Under the pieces are notes generated by a model. It had not been told where the DNA came from. It made no database searches and was given only the letters and a program-made list of their open reading frames with translations. A DNA stretch of 63,107 bases, counting the filler, from Gonapodya sp. JEL0774 (taxonomy: Eukaryota), in NCBI GenBank assembly GCA_027604505.1. It is 7 parts of 7 records of this genome, joined end to end, with 100 filler letters (N's around TTAATTAATTAA, not from the genome) between each part and the next. Parts side by side here need not be neighbours in the genome. Positions count along the whole stretch, not along the records: positions 45,234 to 54,123 come from JADIIX010000432.1; positions 54,224 to 63,107 come from JADIIX010000433.1; 5 more parts are not named here. One strand, given 5' to 3'. The position numbers were made by a program, and so were the translations under genes. Shown in pieces: positions 49,301-61,114 of this stretch (positions are counted from its first letter, which is position 1; every line of letters begins with the position of its first letter).

Positions 49301-50456
49301 AATCGCTCTTAGGTATTTGAGATGGTTTCTATAATGAGAGGGAGTGAGTTGGGTGCGATCACAACAACACCCTTATTGCACAAACCTGCGCCAGTGTAAA
49401 AAACGATCCAATATCACCACTGCGACTGGCGCTGTCTTTCTGATATCGTAGTAGCAGCTGGTGGTTGTCGTGGTGGAAGCTGCGCACCCTGTCCTCTGGG
49501 AACGTGGCAGCGCAAACAGTCGAGAATTTTCAAGTCAATTTTTGCAACATCCATAGCAAAACAGAGTAAAATCTCACCGGTCAAATGTTTGTGTATTGCA
49601 TTTGCACCAAGTCGTGGCATTTGATGGACAACATGGTGCAGAAACTGTGTGGTGACGTAGCGGCTCCTGGTCAACTCCCCCGCCTCTTTTACGCGATAAA
49701 AAAGATTCCGAAATGCTAAAGTAGCATAATGAGCTTTGAGTATTCATTGATATGAGTATTGGTACTTACTTGATGATGCAAGCGGGAACTGCTCCAGAAA
49801 CTCCGAGTTTGTGGCATTCCATTGGTGATTGCAAACGCTTGAATCCCAAGGAAATTGTCATTAGAATACAGCAAGGAAATTTGCAATGCAAAACTTACTT
49901 GCAAATGTATCGCCGAAACATGAGAAAAACACCACGATACAATCCCACAGCAAGCGCCGGTTGGTCTGTCCACCCTTTAGACTCAACTTTACCATCACCC
50001 TTGCCTTCCTTCCTACATCTCCGACACGATAATTTGATTCTTGTTCCAGCGGGGCCAACTTCTTGACTATCTGGCGCCAAGAAGAAGACACCGCAGATGC
50101 CATATGATTCAGGATTTGGAGTTGCCGTGAGCAATGGTGGGGGGGCATCATAGATGCACAGTGTAGATAGAGCGGTGTTTTGTTCTCTGGGTGAGACGCT
50201 GGTGCTTGCCTGATAGAAAGAGGTTTTGGTCCTGTCTCGGACTTCAGTGCTGCGCAGAGATGTTACTCACCCGAGCAGTGATTAGCTTTCCCGTTACCTC
50301 TTCTTGAGTCATCTTCAAAAAGTTTCTCTGAGCGTCCGTCATGTCTTTGGTCTTCATGGTTGAAGCCGCCAAGGCCGCCCCGAACAGAACTTCCGCGTCG
50401 ACGGCGGAGTCATCATCTCCTTCAATATCCAGGTCCCCGACTGCGTCTGGATCCAT
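46348..50456 (-). mobile_element. Large intron-rich putative DDE transposase (DUF6729-associated/MULE-related type)
   Basis: Spliced motifs: LSCRRC...KGW...YIC; HDHHHKVTKTI; VTEFDKIVAW; WFTDRCCQD; VLLDLRHFFFR (DxxH); QLTHVRKGCL; QGTREGVHFQVN; C-terminal CRRC. Confidence 0.6.
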
Positions 50457-50792
50457 GATGGGTAGATTACGAGATAAATCGGCGAACAGAGAAGTGAAAT
50501 CGCTTTGCAATAAGTCAAATCGAGGGGCGAAAGGAGCGAAGTGTGCAGGGGGCGGGGACGGTTTGTTGCCCAATCAAAACCGCCTGATCAGTGAGGACAG
50601 TTTTCTATTCGCCAAAACCGTTCTAACCGTGTACACTTTTCTATTGGCCCGGCTGAACCCCCCCTCTCCACGCACACCTCCTGGGAATGGACTGACCGCG
50701 CAACTCCCGCCCTCCAGAGTTTTATACAGTGTTTCTGGAGGATATTTACATTACAGAATTATCGGAAATGAAAGACGGGGTCATTTGGGGTC

Positions 50793-50836
50793 ACTGCTTG
50801 CGCGTTGAGTATATAAACTGCTTGCGCGTTGAGTAT
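50793..50836 (+). repeat. Perfect 20-bp direct repeat ACTGCTTGCGCGTTGAGTAT x2
   Basis: Copies at 50793-50812 and 50817-50836, separated by ATAA. Confidence 0.9.
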
Positions 50837-51108
50837 GCTTAAGGTTGGTGGGATATAGATCGCCGGATGTCAAACCACGACCTTCCCCGCCTCTTATTAA
50901 CGGACAGTCCTCGTCAGCCCAGTCGAGCATTTCCGCTGGTTATGAAGAACAACGCAAAGTTGTAACTTTGAGCGCCTATCCGAATCAAACGAGCGCTTCG
51001 TCGGATCTTCCACTAAAATGGTGAGAATTGCTCCACCCGTGTGAACTCTTACTTTTCTAACTCACAACCCCTTCGGCCTTCATATGCTATTGCCCTCAGA
51101 ACATCTTG

Positions 51109-51638
51109 ATGCTCGCAATCGCCCTCCTGCTCACCTCAGCGACTGGCGTCTGGAGTGTCGTCTACTACAACGGCAGCCCGGTGGCCGAGTTGATCCATGT
51201 TTCACGGTGCTACTCCAAGGCCGCATCTGGATACATCGAGCAGTTTTCGGAGATCGAAGGGTACGCGACCCTGACGGTGAGCCTGGCCTCCCTCCTGTGG
51301 GAATATAGGGATGATCTGAATCGTCAACAAATGATTTGTCTGGATTCTCGTGTTAAAATGTTGAAAAGGATTCCTGGAATCACAAACAACCCTTGTTCAG
51401 CGTCCAAGTCCAAGCAAGTCCCAGCAACTGGCCCTCAAAAATTTCTGCCACGCTTGGGACAAACACTGTCCAGGTGGAAATCAATGACTTTGGAGTGGGT
51501 GATGCCTCCGTCAAGTACTACGGCAGGAATTGGGTCTGTCACAAGGAGACGAAACCACGATGGCTTTACACCAAGGAAGACCAAGGCTATTGCGATTCCG
51601 TCTACTGGTGCTGTCCTTATTGGGGGTGCACAACTTGA
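51109..51638 (+). CDS. Small secreted cysteine-containing protein (at least 2 exons)
   Basis: Signal peptide MLAIALLLTSATGVWS. Last exon ...WVCHKETKPRWLYTKEDQGYCDSVYWCCPYWGCTT*. Confidence 0.55.
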
Positions 51639-54223
51639 GTCGCTCATGTCCCGGTGTGAATGGAGGACTGGTTTTTTTGGAGTTGAAATGGAGGACTGCT
51701 GCTCTCGAGGAGTGGGACAGGTGGCTTCAGAACCCCGATCTGCGTGTAATCACGAATTTCATTCAAATCAAATCAAATTGTTCGTTCAAACTGACGAGCG
51801 GCTCCAACCCCGTTGAGTAGAGTGAGCGAGCGTTGGGGGAGGTCGGAGGGGTACATAGTGTGAGGGGTTTGATCGAGCACGCACAGGGAGCTCCCGGCCA
51901 CACACCACTCACCGATACCGACTCTTTTCGCTCAGTCTTCCACGCAGCTGACTATCTGCTATGGAACTGCGCCTTTTCTGGATGTGCCGGTTTCGCTAGC
52001 CTCGCCCAAATCGCCCATATATCCGTTGTCTTCGCATTCCGTTCATGGAAGACGCCAGGCGGAATAGGGAGCGAAGGAGCGGCTAAATTTTCCTCGAGAA
52101 CCTAGACGGGCTTTTTATGAGTTGTATAATCAGGTTTTTTGGAGCCACCGCGGTGGCCGTCTCGTTGGAGGAAAGCGGTTCCGTTGTTCGTTTGGCGCTG
52201 TTCAAAGTGGAATCGCTCAATGAATTCCGGCGTTTAAATGAGTTAGCATTTCTACTGTACGGCTTGTGATGCGATCCCGTTCTCAGATTCACACTTAGTT
52301 CCACATCATTTTATTCGGAGGTGTACTGGGATGTTGCAAGTAATGTGTTTCAACCGCTGCTGTTTGATAGCAGCACGACCTGAACGATGGATACAATAGA
52401 CATCATGTTACATTCCTTTGCTGTTCACGATCACTTACTAGCCATACATAATAGAAAATAAATCTCACGTGCCGCGCGGGATGGGGGAGGCAGGAGGGAG
52501 GGGAGGATGAGTCACGACAGATCGAAAAAAATTGTGATTCATTCTTGCGACTGGTCTGTCTGCTGTCAAAAACAAGAAAGGCAGAAAGCAACATGGGCCG
52601 ATCCTTACGCCCGAGTGCCGATTGCTCTGAAATAGCTGGGTTTGCATTTTCCTGTTGTTTGTTTGTACGTACATCAAAAGATCCACTATCGTTGACCTTG
52701 TCACAGGAGTTACACGTAACCTCACGTTGTTTCTTGGTGGCAGCAGGTGGACAGACCCACGGCTGAGCGTCTCTTTTTCTTCATTGGATCGTTTGTGAGC
52801 TAATTCTTCCTCGAGAACCTTGACGGCAGACAGACCAAGCAACATCCGATCATGAGCACTCTGTCGCAAGAATCGGCACTTGTTGCTTTCTAGATGCCCT
52901 TCTTGAAATACTTACGCCAGAGTGCAGATGCTCTGATGACGCTTGGCTCTATCGAAAACAACAATGGCAAACCCGTGTTGCGTTTTTGAGGAGAACATTA
53001 GTCCAAGCGACGCAAGTCGCAGAGGAAGGCACTTAGGACGAAAATAGAGTGACAAAAGTATTTCATTGTGGTGGTCAAAGGTGTCAAGTAAAACTCCACT
53101 CAACACTTGCTGTAAGACCGACACGCAACGCCGCCTTATCCTCGTCTGGCTAAACTTTGCGGCCAAGGACGCTTCGTGACCCGGTGTGCATCGAATCTCT
53201 CACCCGAGAGCATTGATATAGAATAGCCATCAAAAGTCGGTTTTTCTGCAAAGATCAATATGAGCGAAGGAGACCACTCACCACGGTACGGTTCTTCACT
53301 AATTGCGCCAATGCCGTCGGTTTCGCCCGTCGAATTCGAAATTATGGGGGGAGCGCTTTGCCAGCCACGAGGTTGTTTCGTGTTCCCGGAGCACGGGGCA
53401 CGGGGCGAGGCCATCTTCGTTCCACTCGAGGCCGTACGATCCGAAACGGGGCACAGGAAGAAGGACAAAAAGTGTGAAGAAGAGGGTCTGCACTCTGCAG
53501 GAAGCGATCCCGAAAATCGAAACGTCGAAACGAGGGTCGCAGAACGAAACTCTGCCCGCGGCCCCCGGAACTCGTCGGTGAAAGAAACAGCAAAATCCTC
53601 GTGTGCTCCTTTCGGCCGTCAAACCGTCGGAAAGACCAGCTTCCACGATACGAGAACAAAAGACACTCACGCGAAATGGTCCTTTCTCTTCGTCCCAACC
53701 AGCCCGCGTTCCTCGATGTGACCTCCCGGTCTCTTTCCCATTCCACGGTCATCTGTCCGCCCCTCCACCTCGACCATCTCGGACCGCGACCCGGGTCCCC
53801 AACCCCGAACACATCACCGGGGCTCAATGTCTCCCCTGCCATAGAGTTGTGAGTGCCGCAGCCCGCACCAGGTTTAGTTCGGTTCGTGGGCGATGAGGTG
53901 CGTCCCAAGGTCTTGAAGGACCTTGACGAGTCTGTTGGCGGTTTTGTGGAATCCAAGGGGTGGGTACGGTAAGGGCCGCCCAGGAGTGACCCGCACGACG
54001 GATCACAAAAACGGCGAGAGACAGCGAGAGACTCACAAAACGCTCCAATGCCGATTAACTGTCTGTCGGTTCATCGATCGTTGTATGTGAGCCACTCCAA
54101 GTGAAAGGCTTATGAGAGGATCCNNNNNNNNNNNNNNNNNNNNNNNNNNNNNNNNNNNNNNNNNNNNTTAATTAATTAANNNNNNNNNNNNNNNNNNNNN
54201 NNNNNNNNNNNNNNNNNNNNNNN

Positions 54224-55562
54224 AGAGTAAGAGGGACACCGGATCGCCAAAACTCGGGGATAAGAAGTAGAGGCGAGAGGTCAAGGTCGCTGACTGCAGA
54301 CGCTTTCAAGGATGAAGAGGTGGCAGGGCTGCGAAATGGTGCAGGTACAGTGGATTTGGAGGATGTCGACAAACGGGATGGCCGTGAGGGATGGTGAGCA
54401 TGATAGGGGCGGGACGAAGGAGACGGTGACAAGGAAAGCGACAGAATGGATGGGGACTGCGAAGTTAAGGAATCAGGTGAGGTCCAATGTGTGGAAGCTG
54501 GGCGCTTCGGCTCTTGACCAATCCTCCAAGCATTCGGTATCCGTGCCTGCAGAATCGTGGTGACCAGTGTTTGAATATACGGGAGCATTGCATGGGAAGC
54601 TTCTGAAGGTCGCTGGTCATTCTCTCCGCCAGAGTTGCTTAGTTTTGAAAACGCACGAGATGTTGCTGCCGATATTGGAGACGAGGAGAGCAGTTCCCGG
54701 TGAATCAGAGTATCCGCCAACGAGGACAAAGGTTCCTGGATAATAGCTGCTTGGGCCAGAGTGCTGTAATTTGCACTGTTAGACGCAAGCTTCCATCGTG
54801 GTACACGGATCTGGACTTCTGCATACCGTGAACTAGTCCCTGCCGTCACAACCGAACGAGCGTCATCAGCTTGTCCGATATTTACGTGACCATCCACATC
54901 CTCTCGATTATCTTCGTCCCGGTCCTCTTCGTCCCACTGGGTGAGTCGGTTACGGTTGGCGCGCAAGGGGCTCGTCCCCGCTTGAGAGATAGGGACGGGC
55001 AGCGGTTGTGCCCGCACAGAGGGGGATAAAGATACGTTCCATTTTTCGTCTTGGTCGGCAGGGGTCCCCGTGTCCCACACTGGACGCCAAGTCGGAAGCC
55101 CGTTCAGTTCTGCGTTCTCAGCTGCGGAAGTCGCCGATCGCGCTTTGTTGCACTTACCGAGCGCTTCGTCATCTCTCTTTCCCCACACGTTTCTACTGGA
55201 TATTCTATGTTCCCGTCGGGCGCTTCCCGTGTCTTTGCGGTCCTGTCCTTCTTCCTCCCAGCCTTCCGTCTCGGAGAGAACAGGAAGGCCCCGCATGTGC
55301 CCGCTGCTCTGCTTACGGCCTCGCGTTTACCTGCACTGGCTTAAGCGTCTAAAGATGTTCGATTTCCAGGCACTATCTCTTCCTGATGGTCAACGCAAAG
55401 GTCTCAGCTCCCGTGTTGACGTGGGTGTTGGGTTTTGGTGATCAAGGACCGATCATCGTCATAAGTAAGCCGACCAGTGCGCCTTTCATGCCTTGATTTA
55501 ATTGTTACTACTCCCAGGTGAGAGGTCTTTAGTTTCTTATTACTTTTTCTAATGATCATCAT
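54224..55562 (-). CDS. Hypothetical Ser/Pro-rich protein (3'-truncated)
   Basis: Long open frame running into the linker; no motif recognised; the start is uncertain. Confidence 0.5.
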
Positions 55563-56132
55563 GGGCGAAGACGGGAGCGAAGCCATATTTTGGGTAAATT
55601 AAACACGAGTTCAGGCTCAGAACTTATGAAATGTGCGCTTGAATATGCATCCCATCTACAAGTCACTTGTTTCAATGTGACGATATGGACAAAGCACTGA
55701 GTTCCAAAGGCCTTCAAGGTCCAGGTGTTAATATGTAGTGACGCTACGTGTCCCAAGACAAAAACTCGCGTTCAAAATACACGAAACAGCTTGTAGCATG
55801 AATACCTACTATTAGCCGTTTTGCCTTAGCCGTGCTCTTGTGAGGTGTTTTGTTATTTGAGGTGGTGGAGACATTCAATCACGGCCACCGGTCGAAGAAT
55901 CAAGAAGAGCGAGTATTGGCGCGCTCAAGAAAATTTGCACAATTTAACCACGGTACTGTGTATCCGGCTCGCAATAATTCTATGTTTTCCAAAAATGGAT
56001 TCATGGGAGAAGTATTCCCCCACCTCCAAAGTATGACCGCTTTCCCTGTCGTCCACACTGCCAAAAGACCGAAACCGGCGAAGACATCAGGGATCCTGAT
56101 TATCATTTTTCAAGCCGCGAATAAAGCTTTAT

Positions 56133-57975
56133 ATGACTGCCGCACGAACTCTGCGGCTGGAGTATGGCTTGGATGGTGTCAAGGTGTGTCTCGGTCACGT
56201 CAACGTGTATACCTATTTGGGACTCCCATTTCTCAAGTTCTTTCTCGCACGCATCCCCTTCCACAGGTTCTCATCTTTCGCCCAGGTACAGAGCCGAACA
56301 CTTACGATGACCTTGTGGCCGTCCTCGCCTCTCGTATTCCGGCGCTTGCTGTCGCACTTGAAAACTTTGTTCTCCGTCTCTATTACCTGGAAAAGGGAAC
56401 TGGCAGGAAAGTGCCCCTTGAGGATGACGACGACGTGATTATCATGTTCCATGACCACACGGTGGAGGAGAGGGTCGGGCTGGTCGCAACATTTGAAGAG
56501 GTTGGTCTGGTCATTGACCCATTCGGATTGGTTGGAGCTCCATTGACTTGATTCACCCATCCGTGTAGGTATCTCCTACAAACCAGCACTTGTTGTTTTC
56601 GGTTGTTCGTCCGGATCCTCCTCCCTCCGATCCATGTCCTCCACCGCTCCGACACTTGACAACCTTGACATCGTTCACTGAATCCGGATCTGGCACCCCC
56701 CTCTCCAGCTCTTCCGCGTCGACGCTGGCACAAATTGCTGCTTCCAATGAGGACCAGGTGGACACTCAGATCATCGGTGTCTTCCAATCGCTCGAGAAGT
56801 TGACGGTCAAGGATGGTGGTGTTACGGAATCCATACCTATTGACGTCGGGTCCCGACCCGTCGTGCCAAGCGGCACAACTTCAAGCAAGATTAAACATAG
56901 GCTATCATTGTCTACGAGTGGGAAGGCTTCACTTGAACGTGCGGGTTGGCCTACCCAGTTCTCACCGGCCTCGGCTGTACAGTCCCACGGATCCCCCTTG
57001 TCGCCCAATCTGGAGCTCGCTGATCCCATGTCGCATGTTGATGCACCTCCTCAGATGGATTCTCGGCGAAGTTTCGCTGCAGATGTAGAGACAGGCCACG
57101 CCCGTCGTCGATCATACGTCGGAGACTCGCGATCCCAACATTCTTCCGGCGCTGGCACTGTTCCCGTATCACGAGACCCTTCGTTCCGGCACCTGAGAAC
57201 TCTAGATACGCCCGCTCCTATTCCCAGCGATCGCGAGTGGTCGTTCCTCCTCACTTCGAAGAGACACGGGGATTGGAAAAACGTTGGCCTGGATATCTCA
57301 AACGAGCAGTTGCAGAGGGTCGTGAATGGATGGGAGCTTATTAAAATCAAACTCGAAGCGTCAGAGGCGTTCTCGAATGAGGTGTTTAAAGCGTTGCTCG
57401 CTCAGAACACTGGTGAGTCCCCCATCCGCCCATTTCCTCCACCACTTTGCTCCGAACACTTCTCTTGAATCTAAGGCTACGCTGAGCTTTTCCCCCATCC
57501 CGATGTCGTACCGGCTCTCATGGTCATGGAAGGCGTTGTTGCGGAAGCCGCGGTGTTCCAACGTGGGAAGAGTACTGATCAGCAGAACACCATCGCCCAG
57601 CTGATTCTACTGGGTGCTAGGCACATGCGATGGTGGAAGGTACACGAGAACGACTTCCGAGCCATGATCATCGCAATGTGAGTCCCCTGCTTCTATGTGT
57701 ACTACCGCACTTCTTCGGCGATCGCTCAATGGGAGCACTCTATTCTCATGACCAGCCTGCACGCTTTGTCTCTGCACCACGTCTGGGTTCCCGCTGGTGC
57801 AAAAGATCTTCTCGCCTGGCGTACGGTGCTCTGTGAAATGGTTTCTGTGATGGCGCGTGGTATGGAGTCGCCACAAGAGGAAATCGCAGAAGTCAAGGTC
57901 ATTATGGATGGCGCGAAGGCAAGGTCCGCGCAGAAGAAGGAGAAGAGGATCGGTGACAAGTGTAAAATGATGTGA
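56133..57975 (+). CDS. PB1-like domain + globin + CaaX protein, paralog A
   Basis: Exons: MTAARTLRLEYGLDGVK|...LRLYYLEKGTGRKVPLEDDDDVIIMF; linker; QLQRVVNGWELIK...FSNEVFKALLAQNTG|YAELFP...LILLGARHMRWWKVHENDFRAMIIAI|LHAL...LLAWRTVLCEMVSVMARGM...CKMM*. Confidence 0.8.
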
Positions 57976-58537
57976 TTCTGTTTTGGAGTTCGTTGTGTTC
58001 GTGTCATCGAGGCTTTGGTAATGTAATGTAGGTAGTTACTTACGTACGGTCGGTGTAGTAATCTTTCAGATTTGAAATCGTTTCGAACATTATAAAAATG
58101 GAAACCACGTGACAACCCGCACCAATGTGCCGCAGTAGAATGAGAAAAAGGAGATTCCCAAAGTCATTCCGACGACCAGTCACTCACTATAGATCTATCG
58201 AAAAATAATGGTGAGCTCAAGATGAAAACAACACTTGTGACAAACTGTGAATTTCATTCCTTCCACCGATCGTCGAAGTCACTTCGCTCCACACTGGGCC
58301 GACAAGTTCACCAGCTGGGGTTCACGGTGGAACCCAATCAAGGGGAGAAAAAGGACCGTGTAATGAGTAGAGCCAACGCATTATCGGCTTTGGAGAAGTT
58401 ATGTGAATTTTCTTATTTCTGTCTTCCTGAATCGGGCCGCAGCATCCGATTCGGCATCCAGCATCAGGTAGGCAAGCGAGGCGAGTACAACCCCTCCTTT
58501 GCCTGCCAAACGCATCAAGCATTTCACTCAGGCAATC

Positions 58538-60058
58538 ATGGCTGTTCGCACGATCCGATTGGAGTACGAAGATGTTGTCAAGGTGCGCTCCAATGTCTCT
58601 GACCGCTCCTACCGAAACAGGGTGGCTGAACTCCATGACGCAAGGTTTTTCTGGTTCGCCACGGCACCGAGCCCCGCACCTTCGATGAGCTCCTGTCACT
58701 CATTGCTGCCAAGATACCGTCTATTGGACTTGAGTTATCTACGAAAGTTTTGCGTCTTCATTATCTTGAGCTCCAAACGTTTCGCAAGATCGCACTGGAA
58801 GATGATGATGACCTCATCACAATGTTTCACGATTATCCAGTTGACGAACGGCTGAATATACTGGCGAGCTTGGAGGACGTAGGTTGATTGAGGATTGCCC
58901 ATGATCCTCGATAGGCCATGTTAATCTCACCTCCAAACATCCAGGTCAATCCCTCAAACCGACGACTCCTTCTGAATCCCACCCGTCTCGACAATTTTTT
59001 GGGGCGCTATCTTGGACGCGCATCAGACATGAACAAACCATGGGAACCTGTTGCGAATCCCCCTTACACGGCGTCGCAAGGGTACTCCGCGGAACTCGCC
59101 TCCGTCTCAACCGGCTCCAAAACTGTTGTTAACGACTTAACCTCAACTCCGTATGCTCATCCTGCGATCGCAGCGGCGGTGAAATTGAAACCTTCTCAGT
59201 CGTCGCTTGACGGAAGCAGTGGCTTTGATCAAAGTCCTCCACGAGTGCCGAAACCGAGAACATTCCTGACGTTCGCTCCGGTACCATCGGATCTTGAATG
59301 GAATCTTTTGATAGACTCTAAGCGCGTGGGACACTGGACAGATGTGACACTCGACATATCAAAGGACCAGATCCAGCGAGTTATGGACGGGTGGGAGCTC
59401 ATCAAAAGTAAATTAGGACTTGCCAATGCCTTCTCAACGGAAGTTCTGCACGCGCTTTTGGAACAAAATCCATGTGAGGACCCTGTAGTACCGTTTGCTT
59501 GGTATAAAACGCTAGCATCTCGCCCTGAAATCGATACTTTCGACAGCTTATATAAACTATTTTCCTCATGCCGACCGCGTCCCAGCCTTAATTGTTATGG
59601 AGGGAGTCACTTATGAAGCAGTCATCATGCAGCGCTCGCGAGAAGACCAAAGGGATGCCGTAGGAGAGCTCATCTGGCTCGGAGCGAGACACGCCCGGTG
59701 GTGGAAGGTCGGTCATGAGGATTTCCGGGTCATGATAGTTGCAATGTGAGTCCAAATAGAGGAGAAGACATGCTTCTAAGTGCTGGATCGACTCATCACA
59801 TCGTGTCGTTCTTGACTGTTCAGACTCCACGCCCTATCGAATCATCATGCGTGGGTGCCCGGTGGCTCCAAAGACCTTCTCGCATGGCGTACTGTTCTTT
59901 GTGAGATGATCGGTGTCATGTCACGTGGTCTTGTCGCTGGATCAACCGAGATTCAGGAGGCGAAAAGCCGGATTGATGCGATGAAAGCAAAAGCAGCCGT
60001 CAAAGGACAGCCAGAGGTCAAAGAGAAAAGACTGGTTGACCGATGCAAAGTGATGTGA
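58538..60058 (+). CDS. PB1-like domain + globin + CaaX protein, paralog B
   Basis: Same intron positions as A. KIALEDDDDLITMF; QIQRVMDGWELIK; NP|SYINYFP; LIWLGARHARWWKVGHEDF; LLAWRTVLCEM; ends CKVM*. Confidence 0.8.
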
Positions 60059-60329
60059 CATCTGCATATTCTGTGACGTGGAACTTCTGTGTTTCATTCT
60101 CACCCTTCGTAACTCTACATAATTGTCACGGTGGGCCCATTAGAGATTTTGCACACCTACGCATATCTTGGGATGCATTCCGTGTATCAGAATCGTATAA
60201 TAGAAGCAGTTTATCTAGCAAATCAACAGACTCTAATCATAAGCGATGGGTGAAACTGCCAGTACCATTTTCGATAAATTTGACCGTTCGACCCTATGGA
60301 GCAAAGTACCGTCAATGGCGATTCAGTCT

Positions 60330-61114
60330 AACTGTTCCAGGAATACTTGCGACTCACCTCGGCGATACTCTTCAGAACTCTGATAAGACCACTTAGAGAC
60401 CCCATCTGCGAGGGGTGCATAGAAAGGGGCTGGACGGACTGCTCTTCGGGGTGCGACAGATGTGAGGCGGATAGAACTTTGATGAGATCTCTGCGATATG
60501 AAGTCAGTTGACAGGAGTTGTTCCACTTGCAACGACAGCGGCACCTACCTATATGTGATGCCCTTGCCTTCCCCGTCCATCCAAATAGCCCATCTCCCTT
60601 CGTCCTCCTTTCCGTCCCACAACGGCAGCACTTCGTCTACGACGAGCATTCCTCTTGCCACCAAATCTCGGACCGTCCTGGTTTTGTCCCTTGCAATCCC
60701 AGTCAAGTGCCCGGGTTTATCTGGTCCGTAGACGACGGTCGGAAAGGGAAGCACTGCGAAAGAAGGGTCGACAGGGTGAACAAGGATACGAGGCCGAGGA
60801 ATTGGAAAAGCCAGTCCTTTTGCTGGTGGGGGGGTCGGAACACCATGGTCCCCATGATAGCCGGCGAGCCGCGCCGGCAGATCAGGGGACCACTGGAAGA
60901 TAGCGACGGAGCCACCGGCGCGAAGAGTACCGAATAAGGCGATGAGAGATTCAAGTGTGAAGAAGGCGGAACGGGATGCTGGTTGCGGTGTAATGGACGG
61001 AGGTGGTGGGAGGATCACGGCAACGCAATCCGACTTTCGGAAGGGCCACCTGCAGATGAATTCAATCAAATCAACTCCCATATGTGAGTGATATACGAGA
61101 GCTTGTGTTCCCAC
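60330..61114 (-). CDS. Hypothetical protein between paralogs B and C
   Basis: 189-aa ORF plus a following 73-aa ORF; no motif recognised; boundaries uncertain. Confidence 0.35.

Noticed and set aside
44762..50456. Linking the DIRS-type recombinase with the DDE-like transposase as one element
   Set aside because: They are on different scaffolds separated by the linker at 45134-45233.
53136..54048. Overlapping ORFs on both strands
   Set aside because: No recognisable protein signal; likely GC-rich non-coding or decayed TE sequence.
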